A stretch of DNA of 52,948 nt, filler included, from Squatina squatina (taxonomy: Eukaryota), in assembly GCA_031763465.1 (NCBI GenBank). It is 3 parts of 3 records of this genome, joined end to end, with 100 filler letters (N's around TTAATTAATTAA, not from the genome) between each part and the next. Parts side by side here need not be neighbours in the genome. Positions count along the whole stretch, not along the records: positions 38,790 to 52,948 come from JARFOE010000073.1; 2 more parts are not named here. One strand, written 5' to 3'. This document shows positions 39,731-51,260 of the stretch, piece after piece. Every line of letters begins with the position of its first letter. Positions within the stretch are counted from its first letter, which is position 1. The notes under the pieces are model-generated. The model was not told where the DNA came from and made no database searches. It worked only from the letters and a program-made list of their open reading frames with translations. Both the position numbers and the translations under genes were made by a program.

Positions 39731-40907
39731 AACCCCATTCTGTATCTTAAGACAAAAGGCTCGACGCTTCTAGGGACAGGATGTTCTATGGATTTTTAAT
39801 ACATCAAATACACACAAGGGATGGAAGGCTGCAGCATTCACTAAATTAATGAACATAACTAAACTTGTTGCTGCAAAATAAATTTTGAAAATAAAGCAAA
39901 AACATTGTCGCCTAAGGTTATATCATGACACATTTTGTCTACACCCACCGTGTACCTTTATAGCAGATAATTTTCTAGACAGAATATTTGCCACTGAAAA
40001 CAGCCAACCTTTACTTAGCAGTCTGTTTCCCTAAACAGTCAAACATAGGAAGAATAGGCCATTCGGCCATCAAACCTGCTCTGCCATTTTGTTATCCACA
40101 TCAGTTTTTAATTTCAAATCCCTACCCTTCCAGCATCTCCTTTAATATTACTTCCAAAGTGGGCATCTTTTAAAAACCTCAATTGATTCAGCAAATACAG
40201 CCTTATATGGCAATGCATTCTGCAGTCACACAACCCTTTGCATGAAGATTTTTGTCCCTAAATTTGCTTTAATTTACCAGAGGGAAAACTCATTCCATAT
40301 CTACCCTCCTTACTTCTAACATCTCAATTTAATTACCCCTTAACTTCTATCTCCAGGAACTATAACCCAAGTTTACCTAGTGTCTGATCATAACTAAGTA
40401 GTATCCCAGTAAATCATCAATGAGCTCACTGGAAGGCTAGTAAATTCTTCCTACGGTGGGGAACCTTAAACGGAGTACAATGCTTCACAAGATATAACCA
40501 GCATGCTGCAACAGCTTCAATCATCCACGGACTGTAGACCCAGCTTGTGAGGTGAAGTCATGTCTAGTTTGACAGGTCTGAGAATTGAGGCTTTGGCAAA
40601 AGGTGGTTTGTAACAATTATTTTTAGCATAACTTTCAGAAGCTCCTTGAATTACAATCTGTAATTTAGGTAAGGAAGTGAAATTTTAATAACCTGATGTT
40701 TGTTTCTATCTTTTAACTAAAACTGAAATCAAAATGTTATCTAATGGAAGTCTTTAAATATCAGTTGTATCATTGTTCTTGTAACCTACATTTTTAAAAT
40801 CATAAATTGTGTTGCTTATCTGTTAAACAGCTCTTGAAATGCATCACTCCATCAAAACTTTAGCACCAAAATGTTTAAAATAAGTGAGATCTACATGTTC
40901 CACTTAC

Positions 40908-41060
40908 TGCGTAAGACATAACAAGGTTGATCATTCCTTCTTTGTCATCACCCTGCCTTCCACTAAGGCTGTACCACTCATCCACTACTTTTCCTTCTTT
41001 TAGTAGTTCTGGGACTGTTATGTGAGTCCAAGCAATTCTATCATCCATGGAAAAAGCTCG
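40908..41060 (-). CDS. TOLLIP: Toll-interacting protein, exon 4 (153 nt, C2 domain end)
   Basis: ttgcag|[51 protein letters not shown]|gtaagt. Confidence 0.97.
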
Positions 41061-41738
41061 CTGCAAGTATAAAAATACAAGTCATGTTTCACTAGAAAAG
41101 GTACACTGATGTAACAGGCAAATTTGAAAGTAGATTTTTATTCTTCCAAGTTAGGATGTTATAAGAGCTTTTAAAAAGGAAGGTTGTAACAGAGAGGATG
41201 ACATGAAATTAAAGCTTATATGCATGTAAATTTGGGGCACCAGTGGATATATCAATTACCCATCATCCCACGAGGAGTTGCAAAATAGTTCAGGATATTG
41301 GGATGGAGTCAAAAATACACATCTGCTTAGCACAGAAAAACTCTTTGGCTCAGCATCCTTCTTTCCCATCTTAGGCAACTTTGTAAACCACTATTATATT
41401 CTAGCAGGCCCCAGACCAGAGTCTGGACTGAGAGAGATACCAGGCTCATTTGGGGAAATATTATATATCAACGGAATTCCTCCCTACTTTGGAATTAAGT
41501 TTTTAGCCCATTTCCTACTGTGTATGATAACACATAACTTACAGGTTATAATACCAGTAATTACTAAAATAAACTGTAGTAAACAATTGACAGCACAATT
41601 TTAAGTCTGCTAAGTCAGAAAGTCTTCAAAAATTTACAGTAACCAAAAAATTGGCTTCTCAGCATAGTTCGCTATACTGAAAAGCAACATACATAATTTA
41701 TGAATAATATGTAATAAAAGTCCAGTTCATAACCTCAC

Positions 41739-41795
41739 CTCATCAAATATCTCCAAGTAAAATGAATCAACACCAGGTGGCACAGTGCACTGAAT
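41739..41795 (-). CDS. TOLLIP: Toll-interacting protein, 3' 57 nt of exon 3 only
   Basis: [19 protein letters not shown]|gtgagg. Homology stops abruptly upstream of the Ile codon (see findings). Confidence 0.9.
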
Positions 41796-41999
41796 ACTGT
41801 CTTTTGATTCTGGGCTCTGCAAGATTGATGGGTTAAAAATTGCTTTGCTTTGCCACTGATCAGTGCCCTTCATGAGGCCAACAGTCCCAGACAGTATGGA
41901 CCATAGCATAATTCTGCCGATACGTTTTACATTGGTTGGAGTCTCTCTTAGTTAGCCCTTAACGATGGTTGGAAAAATTCACATTGGCATATTTGTCAT

Positions 42000-42078
42000 G
42001 GTATTTCTCATCTGTGTGCTGCCCCGCAACACCCTTTGTAGGCATTGGGTTAGCTTCCATATGTATGCTGGCAATACC
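42000..42078 (+). mobile_element. Old L2 RT fragment
   Basis: FLICVLP... and RHWVSFHMYAGNT resemble L2 FLIYMLPL..RHGVSFHMYADDT. Confidence 0.6.
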
Positions 42079-42395
42079 TAGAAACATAGAAAATAGGAGC
42101 AGGAGCAGGTCATTCAGCCCTTCGGGCCTGCTCTGCCATTCAACATGATCATGGCTGATCCTCTATCTCAACTCCATATTCCTGCTTTCTCCCCATATCC
42201 CTTGATCCCTTTAGCATCAAGAAATCTATCTATCTCCTTCTTGAATGACTTGGCCTCCACAGCCTTCTGCGGTAGAAAATTCCACAGGTTCACTACCCTC
42301 TGAGTAAAGAAATTTCTCCTCATCTCGGTCCTAAATGGCCTACCCCGTATTCTGAGACTGTGACCCCCTGGTTCTAGGCTCCCCAGCCATGGGAA
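42079..42395 (-). mobile_element. CR1 LINE 3' end, relatively intact
   Basis: GHSLRIRGRPFRTEMRRNFFTQRVVNLWNFLPQKAVEAK..KGIKGYGEKAGIWS*, ending in a ttctatgt-like tail. Confidence 0.92.
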
Positions 42396-42656
42396 NNNNN
42401 NNNNNNNNNNNNNNNNNNNNNNNNNNNNNNNNNNNNNNNNNNNNNNNNNNNNNNNNNNNNNNNNNNNNNNNNNNNNNNNNNNNNNNNNNNNNNNNTGGCA
42501 CATCAAGCTTTATTACTGCAAGTAAATAAGTAGATCTGGATATACAGAGTTTACACAAACATCCTTACATGGACAGAGAAAACCCTCTATTTACTCCTCG
42601 TAGCAAAGCAGGTTTCTGTGCATATAAAAGAAATGGAGAAAGCAAATATTCCCTAC

Positions 42657-42806
42657 CTGTACCACAGTGATGCTTAGTCTGCCCATAGTAGCCATACCAG
42701 TTCCAAACTGTAATTGTTGCGCTGCCTGTGCATCGAGTTGTACTTGCTGCTGTTGCTGAGTTGGTACAATGCGAAGGAAGTCCTGCGGCAACTCTCCAAT
42801 GAAGAC
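42657..42806 (-). CDS. TOLLIP: Toll-interacting protein, exon 2 (150 nt; Tom1-binding region)
   Basis: tttttaag|[50 protein letters not shown]|gtaggg. Confidence 0.97.
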
Positions 42807-43698
42807 CTTAAAAATGAAAAAGCAAAATGTATGTAATTTATTTAGCTGCTTGCCACATACTCCACATCAATTGGCAGTAAAGCATCATAAATGTTATGTC
42901 AGCAGGTTAATGCTACTAGCTGTAATGCTAGCCAATTATTTTGCTACATTCATCACGTCACTTGACAACATTCAGAGTGGAACTAACCAGAATTTGTCAA
43001 CCCGAATTTGTCAACCCATGCCACGAGAATGGCTATGTTTACAAAAGTATTTCTAAGTTTTCTGTAATTCAAATCTGCCAGGCTCTATTATAATATTCAA
43101 CTGGTTCTCAGTCAAATAGATCATGGTTTTAGCTGTGCTGTTCCACTGGTACCTAGAAAACTCTAACAGTTTACCTGGTGCACTGCTAAACAAGCACAAG
43201 AAATGTCTTTTTTACCTACAGCACAGTAATTCTAATGTTGAAGCATAACATACAGGAAATGTTAAAGGATTTTTCCAATTTATACTAACCAATTTTGAAG
43301 CAAAACCCAGCATCTCAAGGGAAAACAACTAATAACCTTAAAAAGGAATGCCCTGTCCTCTGTTGAGTGTGCCCTTTTAACTTCCTGCGACACACCATCA
43401 ATTTGGATAATGCTCAAATTTATAGAGTTGGCCGTGCAGAGTATTACCTATCAATTCAGAACTCTTTAGCCTTGGCCAAAGTGAAAATAAAAACTGAAGT
43501 TCCTAGCACTCTTACTATATTCTCAACATGAATGGAAAACTGGTCCAAAAATTCAGTTATTGGGTGATGTGAGCCAAACAATTTAACTAATGGACTGAAT
43601 TGAAATGTTTACTGCACAAACTCATTGTCTGGTCATCAAAATGGTGGTAATTGCGAGATGGACAAGTAGAGCCCCACTTATTATCTTGCAAGATAGAT

Positions 43699-44045
43699 TA
43701 TGGTTGCTAACTCTCCAGGATTGATCTGGAGTCTCCAGAAATTAAAGAGCGGCTTGGACACTTGCAAGCAACCAAAGATAAAAACCATGGGGGCATTAAA
43801 AAATGTGCTTTTTCATTTTACTAACAGTTTTTATTAATTATTTTTAAAAATCAGAGGTGGAAAAAAGGCTGTGACTGACTCAATCATTCAAATCAGGTAA
43901 CTATGAGTGTTTATTTTCCAATTAGCATAGGAAGGTGGTGCAGTGAGGATGAATGCATCGGGCGACCAATAGCGGGAGCGGGTGGCTGGTGGCGGTGATG
44001 TGATGAAATCTCCAGGAATACATCCAAACAGAGTTGGCAACCCTA
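43699..44045. mobile_element. hAT-type MITE with TAGGGTTGCCAAC-like TIRs and decayed 8-bp TSD
   Basis: Left end tatggttgctaactct, right end agagttggcaacccta. Flanks agatagat (43691-43698) and caatagat (44046-44053) match at 6 of 8 positions. Confidence 0.75.
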
Positions 44046-44379
44046 CAATAGATGGAATTGTTTTAACCTATTCCTCAGCGGACTACTGTAATCTGAAAAA
44101 AAAACCCTCAAAGGATAGCTTGGCCTTCATGAGACAGACTCAGCAAACGGTATCTACAAACAGTGACTGTCTCATCGAAACTATAATTTATTGGCCATAT
44201 CCTGATGAAAATGACAGTTTGGTTTTCCTGAAGACCACCATGGACCTTTAAGCAATCCTAAAACACACAAAAAGCTCATAAACAACGTCAGGCTCCTTCT
44301 GCTTCTACATTTCACACAATGAATTGCGAAACAGCTGTTAAAAAAAAATTAAACACAAGAGTACACGGTACATGAGCCA

Positions 44380-44747
44380 TGACGTGGTAACCGGGGGAGG
44401 GTGGTGCAGCCAACTCCGGGGTACAGTTCACGCACAAGGCCTGAGGGGAGGAGGATGTCACCGGCACTCTCCCCGGGGCCAGGGCCGCCGTATTCAATGG
44501 GGAGGAGAGAGAAACAGTCCCAGCCCTCCGTCATCACTTGACAGTCGGGGGCAGAAACCTGCCGAGAGAGAGCTCTTACCGGGCCTCTTTGGGTGGCGAT
44601 GGTGGTAGCCGCCATGTCGCGGACGCTGTGCGAATGCAGGCAACTTCTGCCGGTGTTGTTGTTGTCGCTGCCGCCGCTGGGCTCTGGGTCACGGGCTGCG
44701 CAGCCGCAAAGCAGCGCCGTCTTTGAAGACCTCGCAACCGCCTCGCC
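44380..44747 (-). promoter_or_regulatory. CpG island spanning TOLLIP 5' UTR, exon 1 and start of intron 1
   Basis: CpG-dense, GC-rich block around the TOLLIP ATG. Confidence 0.7.
44580..44615 (-). CDS. TOLLIP: Toll-interacting protein, exon 1 coding part
   Basis: gacATGG Kozak context; MAATTIATQRGP|gtaaga (human MATTVSTQRGP). Confidence 0.95.
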
Positions 44748-44847
44748 NNNNNNNNNNNNNNNNNNNNNNNNNNNNNNNNNNNNNNNNNNNNNNNNNNNNN
44801 NNNNNNNNNNNNNNNNNNNNNNNNNNNNNNNNNNNNNNNNNNNNNNN

Positions 44848-44965
44848 GGGAGAAAGCAGGGACAGGGTACTGAATTTGGATGATCAGCCATGATCATATT
44901 GAATGGCGGAGCAGTCTCGAAGGGTCAAATGGCCTACTCCTTCTCCTATTTTCTATGTTTCTATT
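44848..44965 (+). mobile_element. CR1 LINE 3' tail
   Basis: ggagaaagcagg..gatcagccatgatcatattgaatggcggagcag..ctatgtttctat. Confidence 0.85.
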
Positions 44966-45824
44966 GAACCAATAACCGTAATATAAGATAAACCAATTCA
45001 AGCTATACTTAATTATGGATGTTTGCAGATTATTGTCAACAAACCCACTTACCAGTCTATGGTTGTTGGACCTGAATCTCGCGTGAAGCTCGACCACCTG
45101 CGCACCCGGTTATTTCCATTTAATGCAATGATACCTCTTTTGGTGCTTAGTAAATTTTGTGCTCACAACAACTCTGGCAAGCAAGCTGCCTCAGCTAATG
45201 TGTTTGGTATGAAGCAAAAGCTTGGTTGTCTACTTGGCCTACCTACAATTCAACCACTGTAACTCACGAGACTACCCTCAGCATTATGTCGTTTCAATAT
45301 ACCAACATCAGCGGGGGTTATTTGCATGAATTCTTTCAAGCATTTGACAATATAGTCTAGCTGATGGACTGGCAGGTTAACCCCCTTATTGACAAGTCTG
45401 TTACCCCTGTTGGTCTGTGTCCTTGCAAGATACCATTTTCTGTACAGAAGGAATTGATGTAAAGGGTTGGAGGGAAGTGGTATAACCGAAAATGCAGATG
45501 GTCCTACACTTTGGGTCTTGCCTTAAGTAATCCACCCCAATCCCAAGAATCCTAATGATATATGTCTTTGTGTCAATATGCATATAAAGCAATTAAGCAT
45601 GAACAGCATGATACTCCAACTCAGGATGGAGGAATAAACGGGTCTTTTTCTGAGTGGCAAATGAGAGAGGTAAATGAACCATCTGTTTTCTCAAAAGTAG
45701 AACTTAAATCTTGGTTTTAACTGGTTTTATGAGCCATTATAGTACAATACATCTTGTAATGCACCTTGTTCTGAAGTAATACAAAAGGCTAATTTTCAGT
45801 ATACCTTCAACAATAGAGAATATC

Positions 45825-45971
45825 ATTGTTTAGATTCAAGAACCTGGAATTCCTTCAATAATGTAGCAGATGGTACATTGATAGTATTACACAAAACCAT
45901 GCTCCAGCCAGATTTCAATGTACCATCTGATACATTATTGAAGGAATTCCAGGTTCTTGAATCTAAATAAT
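45825..45971. repeat. Near-perfect inverted repeat: 57-bp arms, 2 mismatches, 33-nt loop
   Basis: 45825-45881 is the reverse complement of 45915-45971 by direct comparison. Confidence 0.95.
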
Positions 45972-47292
45972 TATATTCTGATACATGCACCCAACTAAGA
46001 AGAAACTTGCACTGCATTCTTCACAAGCTACAAGAAAATGGCCTAGTCTTCACAAAGCAGAGAGTATTGCCAAATCCCCAGGTCAACGCAATCTACAATG
46101 CAGCTGCTGTATGTAATGCACCAGAGCTCCTTGTGTCTTCTAGACATGGTTAATTAGTGTTCCTGTTTTAGTCCCAGTTTGGCTACCATTACAGAGNNNN
46201 NNNNNNNNNNNNNNNNNNNNNNNNNNNNNNNNNNNNNNNNNNNNNNNNNNNNNNNNNNNNNNNNNNNNNNNNNNNNNNNNNNNNNNNNNNNNNNNNCCAA
46301 TATAAAATTGGATACCTACAATAAAATAAAGGCAGCTTATGCGAAACTGGCTGAATAACTAGGAAATTACAAATAGTAATAGAATCTTTGTTAACCGAGA
46401 TATCTGGTTCCATCACACTTGGAATATTGTGTACAATTTTGGCCACTGCATTTCAAAAGGAACATACGTCTCTTGGAGAATGTGAACATTAATGGAAACT
46501 TTCAGAATTAGATTTTGTGTTCGAGTTTAAGATAAATGCAAACCTACATGGTGCTTCCATCCTGGAATAAAGTTAGGAATTACATTTGTTATCTTTTTTT
46601 AAGCTTTGAGTTTCACTGCTTTACCCAATTTTGTTTAATTCCATTGTTACCAGCCAGGATTATATGCTATGTGCAATGCTCCGTTTATAGCTTGACTAAT
46701 CTAATCTAATCTATTTTAGAAACAATCTATATCTTTACTATCTAGCCTATGCTGCACTATGACAGTGATTTGATGTGTTCCTCGCTTTCAATGTGACCCA
46801 AGTCTGTGCACTATAGATCAACGAACTCACTTTGAGACTTCATACCACCCTATATATTGATTCTGGCCTTTTCAAATTGACCCTGGCCTGCACATCATTC
46901 CCCAGTGCAACCCTGTTCACTCACAATGTGCTATGACCTCTGATCGTCATGAGCTAGCATCTCAGCGTCATGGAACATAAGAGGCATTTTAATCCGTTGA
47001 GGATTACTGTGCTATTTTTCATTATTTCATATGGTGTAAGAGTTCACAGTTTTCATTTGATTTCTACTAATAAAGACATAAATGTTTTGTTTCTTCTCAT
47101 TTCCTGCTACTGTGTTTCAGCAATCTAGCATTGCAGAATATGATTCTGACATGTGTTTGGTAATGGAAAACATGTTCTCATACCGAAAAACANNNNNNNN
47201 NNNNNNNNNNNNNNNNNNNNNNNNNNNNNNNNNNNNNNNNNNNNNNNNNNNNNNNNNNNNNNNNNNNNNNNNNNNNNNNNNNNNNNNNNNNN

Positions 47293-47600
47293 CATCTTCC
47301 TTCTCTGAATCCATGCTGAGTGCTATTACTAGCCAAAGACAGAACCTAAATATCGATGGAACAAGGCCTATACAGGCTGCTCTTCAGATATCTGGAGAGA
47401 TTAGGAAATGCAACACAGTATTGTCCACATAAAATCTCCAGGATCGTCAACATCTGCTGCACACTCTACCACTTTGCTACACTGAGTCCTAATCCTGGAG
47501 GAGGAAGAGGCCAATCTGGAATCAGTGTCAGAACAGGAGGCAGACAGTGACCAGGAGTATTTAACCCCTGAAACACCAGTGCGACCAACATACATTTAGC
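47293..47600 (+). mobile_element. PIF/Harbinger transposase C-terminal relic
   Basis: EQGLYRLLFRYLERLGNATQYCPHKISRIVNICCTLYHFA resembles the HARBI1-type RFRCLDRSGGxLQYxPxKVxxIxxxCCxLHNxA, followed by an acidic stretch in a shifted frame. Confidence 0.75.
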
Positions 47601-48352
47601 TAAGTGCCTGAGCTGCCTTTTTAAGGATCTCTCCTGTCCATATGTACAAATGTCTCAAAACACTATCTGCAGCACTGTCTTCTGCACTCCTTCAATTAAC
47701 GTTAATGCCTAGCCTTTGTTGAGCTGCTACCTTATTCTTCACAATCACAAATAAAATCTCAGCATAAGGTACAAATTAAGTGCAACCAATTTATTTTCCC
47801 ACTTTCTTTGATGTATGAAGGATGTTGTCATGTTTTACCATGCTTCTCAGTGTTGGTAGATTGTGTGTTACATTTAACCCCCAGCATACTACTTTTAAGT
47901 GATTCTCCTGTGGAATGAGTTAAGTGTGCCAGCTGGCTGCAGGGTTTCAGTGACAGCTTGTTGGGATTTGGATAGCCTTATACATCCTTGGGCTGTTTTG
48001 TGTGATGGCCTTGAAATTGATTCAGCAATCTCCACTGCTGCTGGCTGATTCTGCCGGCTTCTTGGCACATCTACTGTCACTGGCACATGGTTACTGAATG
48101 AGCCAGATGTAGTTTCGCCCAAGAGACAGTAAAGTCATCTACATGCCTGCTTCAAGTGTGCCACTTGCTGGTGGAAACTCCCTCAGACTGACCTGCATGA
48201 AAGCAGACCTTCAGGTAGCAATGAGGTCTGTGATGCCCTGCTTCAGCTTTCTTTGAATCTGATCGTCCAGCATGCTGAAGTCAGACAAGAATGACTCATT
48301 TAGATTTGAGCCCAAAGAGCAGTTCTGATGGAAGGTCATTGACCTGAAAGGC

Positions 48353-48629
48353 TGGGCTAGATTTTAAGGAGGAAGGCGGGCTGGAGGCAGTCGGGAAACC
48401 CGCAGGCCTTGCCAGCTTTAACAGCAGGGCTTGATTTGCTTGCGAGGCCTTGGTTTCCCGCCTGCTGCCAGCCAGATGGAGAGGCTAGCTGGCTGTGAGC
48501 GGGTAGGCCTATGGCACTAGGCTGCACAGAGGGAGGAGGGAGTGATCAGTTGTGGGTTGTGCCGGTCTCCAGAGGATGGGGGGGGAGGACGGGGTTGATG
48601 GAAGACTGGGGACATCGTTGGACCGGGGG
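48353..48629. mobile_element. GC-rich non-autonomous DNA element arm (Harbinger-like)
   Basis: Begins gggctagatttt. GC-rich and runs into a gap. Confidence 0.4.
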
Positions 48630-48729
48630 NNNNNNNNNNNNNNNNNNNNNNNNNNNNNNNNNNNNNNNNNNNNNNNNNNNNNNNNNNNNNNNNNNNNNNN
48701 NNNNNNNNNNNNNNNNNNNNNNNNNNNNN

Positions 48730-49022
48730 TCAGCTTCAGACAGATGCTAGGGAGAGGGATGGAGTCAATGGCTAGGGAATGGGAGTTTGTGCCGGGGTCC
48801 GAAGACAATGGCTTCAGTCTGCCCAGTATTTAATTAGAGGAAATTTCTGCTCATCCAGTACTGGATGTCGGACAAGCAGTCTGACAATTTAGAGACAGTG
48901 GAGGGGTCAAGAAAAGTGATGGTGAGGTAGAGCTGGGTGTCGTCAGTGTACATGTGGAAACTGTCGCTGTGTTCTCAGATGACGTTGCCGAGGGGCATCA
49001 TGTCGGAGGGAGCTAAGGATAG
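48730..49022 (-). mobile_element. L2 LINE RT fragment
   Basis: Reverse strand MPLGNVI*EHSDSFHMYTDDTQLYLT...CLSDIQYWMSRNFL*LNTGQTEAIVFGP. Confidence 0.88.
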
Positions 49023-49730
49023 ATTAATCATCAATCGATCAAACAACTATCAATAGTCACCTCTCAGAATGTCAACTTCCACTGGTTGTCACTTTTTTCT
49101 AGCCTTGGGCAGGCTGGGCTCTCAGCCCATCCATTTCGGCTTGTAAATTATTTTTCAAATTTGTCAGCCTGTATGGACATTGGTGAAGGTTTGCATTCAT
49201 AAAATTAAAGTAATTGCTTCAGTGTTGCCATTTGTTCTTTGAATCCACCTGCAAAGTAAAGAGGGCAAATTCAGAGCACGTTGCAGTCTCACCATGTAGA
49301 ACTTGTTCCACTTCTAAATTCATATTTCCTTCACAACAAAGTAGTTAATGAGAATCTAATAGGGTCTCCTCTGCTTTCAGAGGCATCTGTATTCTTCAGG
49401 AAATGGAATTAATCATCATTATTCTACTCAACTATATTCATTACATGCAGTGGTTTTGCTTCATTCAGCAGAGCACTGGTTTTTCCTTGATAATTTAACT
49501 AATCCTGTCTGTTACTAGTGTAATCAGCTAGAAGATGCATGCAAATCAATAGCTATAGGGTGGCACTGGAAATAATTTTATGTCCAAGTGAAGCTGGATC
49601 CTCGATGTCATACATATCCTTTTATCCTCTTGTTTCCCTGTTAGCAGGCCATTGGCAGTGCACATGAAGAATTTTACACACAAATCAGCCTCCAATCAAT
49701 ATCAGCGCTCGCATAGAACTTCATTCTTTA

Positions 49731-49959
49731 TAATGCTGGAAATGCTCAGCAGGTCAGGCAGCATTTGTGAAGAGAGAAACAGAGTTAACGTTCAAGGTCA
49801 ATGACCTTTCATCAGAACTGGAAAAAGTTAGAGATGTAACAGGTTTTAAGCAAGTTTGGAGGAGAGGGGAGGAATGAACAAAAGGGAAGGTCTGTGATTG
49901 GTGGAAGGCAGGAGAGATTAAATGGCAAAAAAGACGATCATGCAACGCAAAAGTGGGTG
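49731..49959 (-). mobile_element. Penelope-like element terminal region
   Basis: aatgctggaaatgctcagcaggtcaggcagcat..gagttaacgtt..gacctttcatcagaactgg, recalled as a common chondrichthyan Penelope-like end. Partial copies at 48322-48350 and 51620-51780. Confidence 0.6.
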
Positions 49960-50989
49960 NNNNNNNNNNNNNNNNNNNNNNNNNNNNNNNNNNNNNNNNN
50001 NNNNNNNNNNNNNNNNNNNNNNNNNNNNNNNNNNNNNNNNNNNNNNNNNNNNNNNNNNNNNNNNNNNNNNNNNNNNNNNNNNNNNNNNNNNNNNNNNNNN
50101 NNNNNNNNNNNNNNNNNNNNNNNNNNNNNNNNNNNNNNNNNNNNNNNNNNNNNNNNNNNNNNNNNNNNNNNNNNNNNNNNNNNNNNNNNNNNNNNNNNNN
50201 NNNNNNNNNNNNNNNNNNNNNNNNNNNNNNNNNNNNNNNNNNNNNNNNNNNNNNNNNNNNNNNNNNNNNNNNNNNNNNNNNNNNNNNNNNNNNNNNNNNN
50301 NNNNNNNNNNNNNNNNNNNNNNNNNNNNNNNNNNNNNNNNNNNNNNNNNNNNNNNNNNNNNNNNNNNNNNNNNNNNNNNNNNNNNNNNNNNNNNNNNNNN
50401 NNNNNNNNNNNNNNNNNNNNNNNNNNNNNNNNNNNNNNNNNNNNNNNNNNNNNNNNNNNNNNNNNNNNNNNNNNNNNNNNNNNNNNNNNNNNNNNNNNNN
50501 NNNNNNNNNNNNNNNNNNNNNNNNNNNNNNNNNNNNNNNNNNNNNNNNNNNNNNNNNNNNNNNNNNNNNNNNNNNNNNNNNNNNNNNNNNNNNNNNNNNN
50601 NNNNNNNNNNNNNNNNNNNNNNNNNNNNNNNNNNNNNNNNNNNNNNNNNNNNNNNNNNNNNNNNNNNNNNNNNNNNNNNNNNNNNNNNNNNNNNNNNNNN
50701 NNNNNNNNNNNNNNNNNNNNNNNNNNNNNNNNNNNNNNNNNNNNNNNNNNNNNNNNNNNNNNNNNNNNNNNNNNNNNNNNNNNNNNNNNNNNNNNNNNNN
50801 NNNNNNNNNAGTGTTTTGTTTTGGTAGTTATTTAATTACTTTTGGAAGTGCAGTCGCTGTTGCTTGTTAGGCTGATGTATCAGCCAATTTGTGAACAGCA
50901 AAGTCCCACAAGCATGAAAGTAGATGAATGAACAGCTAATCTATATTTGGTGCTGATGGTTGAGGAAGGAATGATGACCGGAATCGCAG

Positions 50990-51260
50990 TGTACCGGGGC
51001 TCTGGTCAAATCCCACCTGGAGTACTGTATCTAGTTTTGGGTCTTGAGAAACAAGGGAAACATTCAGGCCCTGGGAAGAGTGGAGGATAGGGATAATAAG
51101 GAAGAGAGCCTATGGAGGCATTTAACATAGAGTCAGTAAATTCTGAACATACTTAAAGCTAAACCATAATTGTAGGGCAAAGAAAGACAAATTTGCAACT
51201 AATGTCAGGAAGTTCTGCACACGGAGTGATCAACACTTGGAATGGACTTTAGATAGTTTA
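50990..51260 (+). mobile_element. Highly degenerate CR1 ORF2 fragment
   Basis: cacctggagtactgtatctagttttgg (HLEYCIxFW) and gagtgatcaacacttggaatggactt (RVINTWNGL). Confidence 0.6.

Noticed and set aside
42990-43017. Perfect 14-bp tandem duplication GAATTTGTCAACCC in TOLLIP intron 1
   Set aside because: Ordinary slippage duplication with no functional indication.
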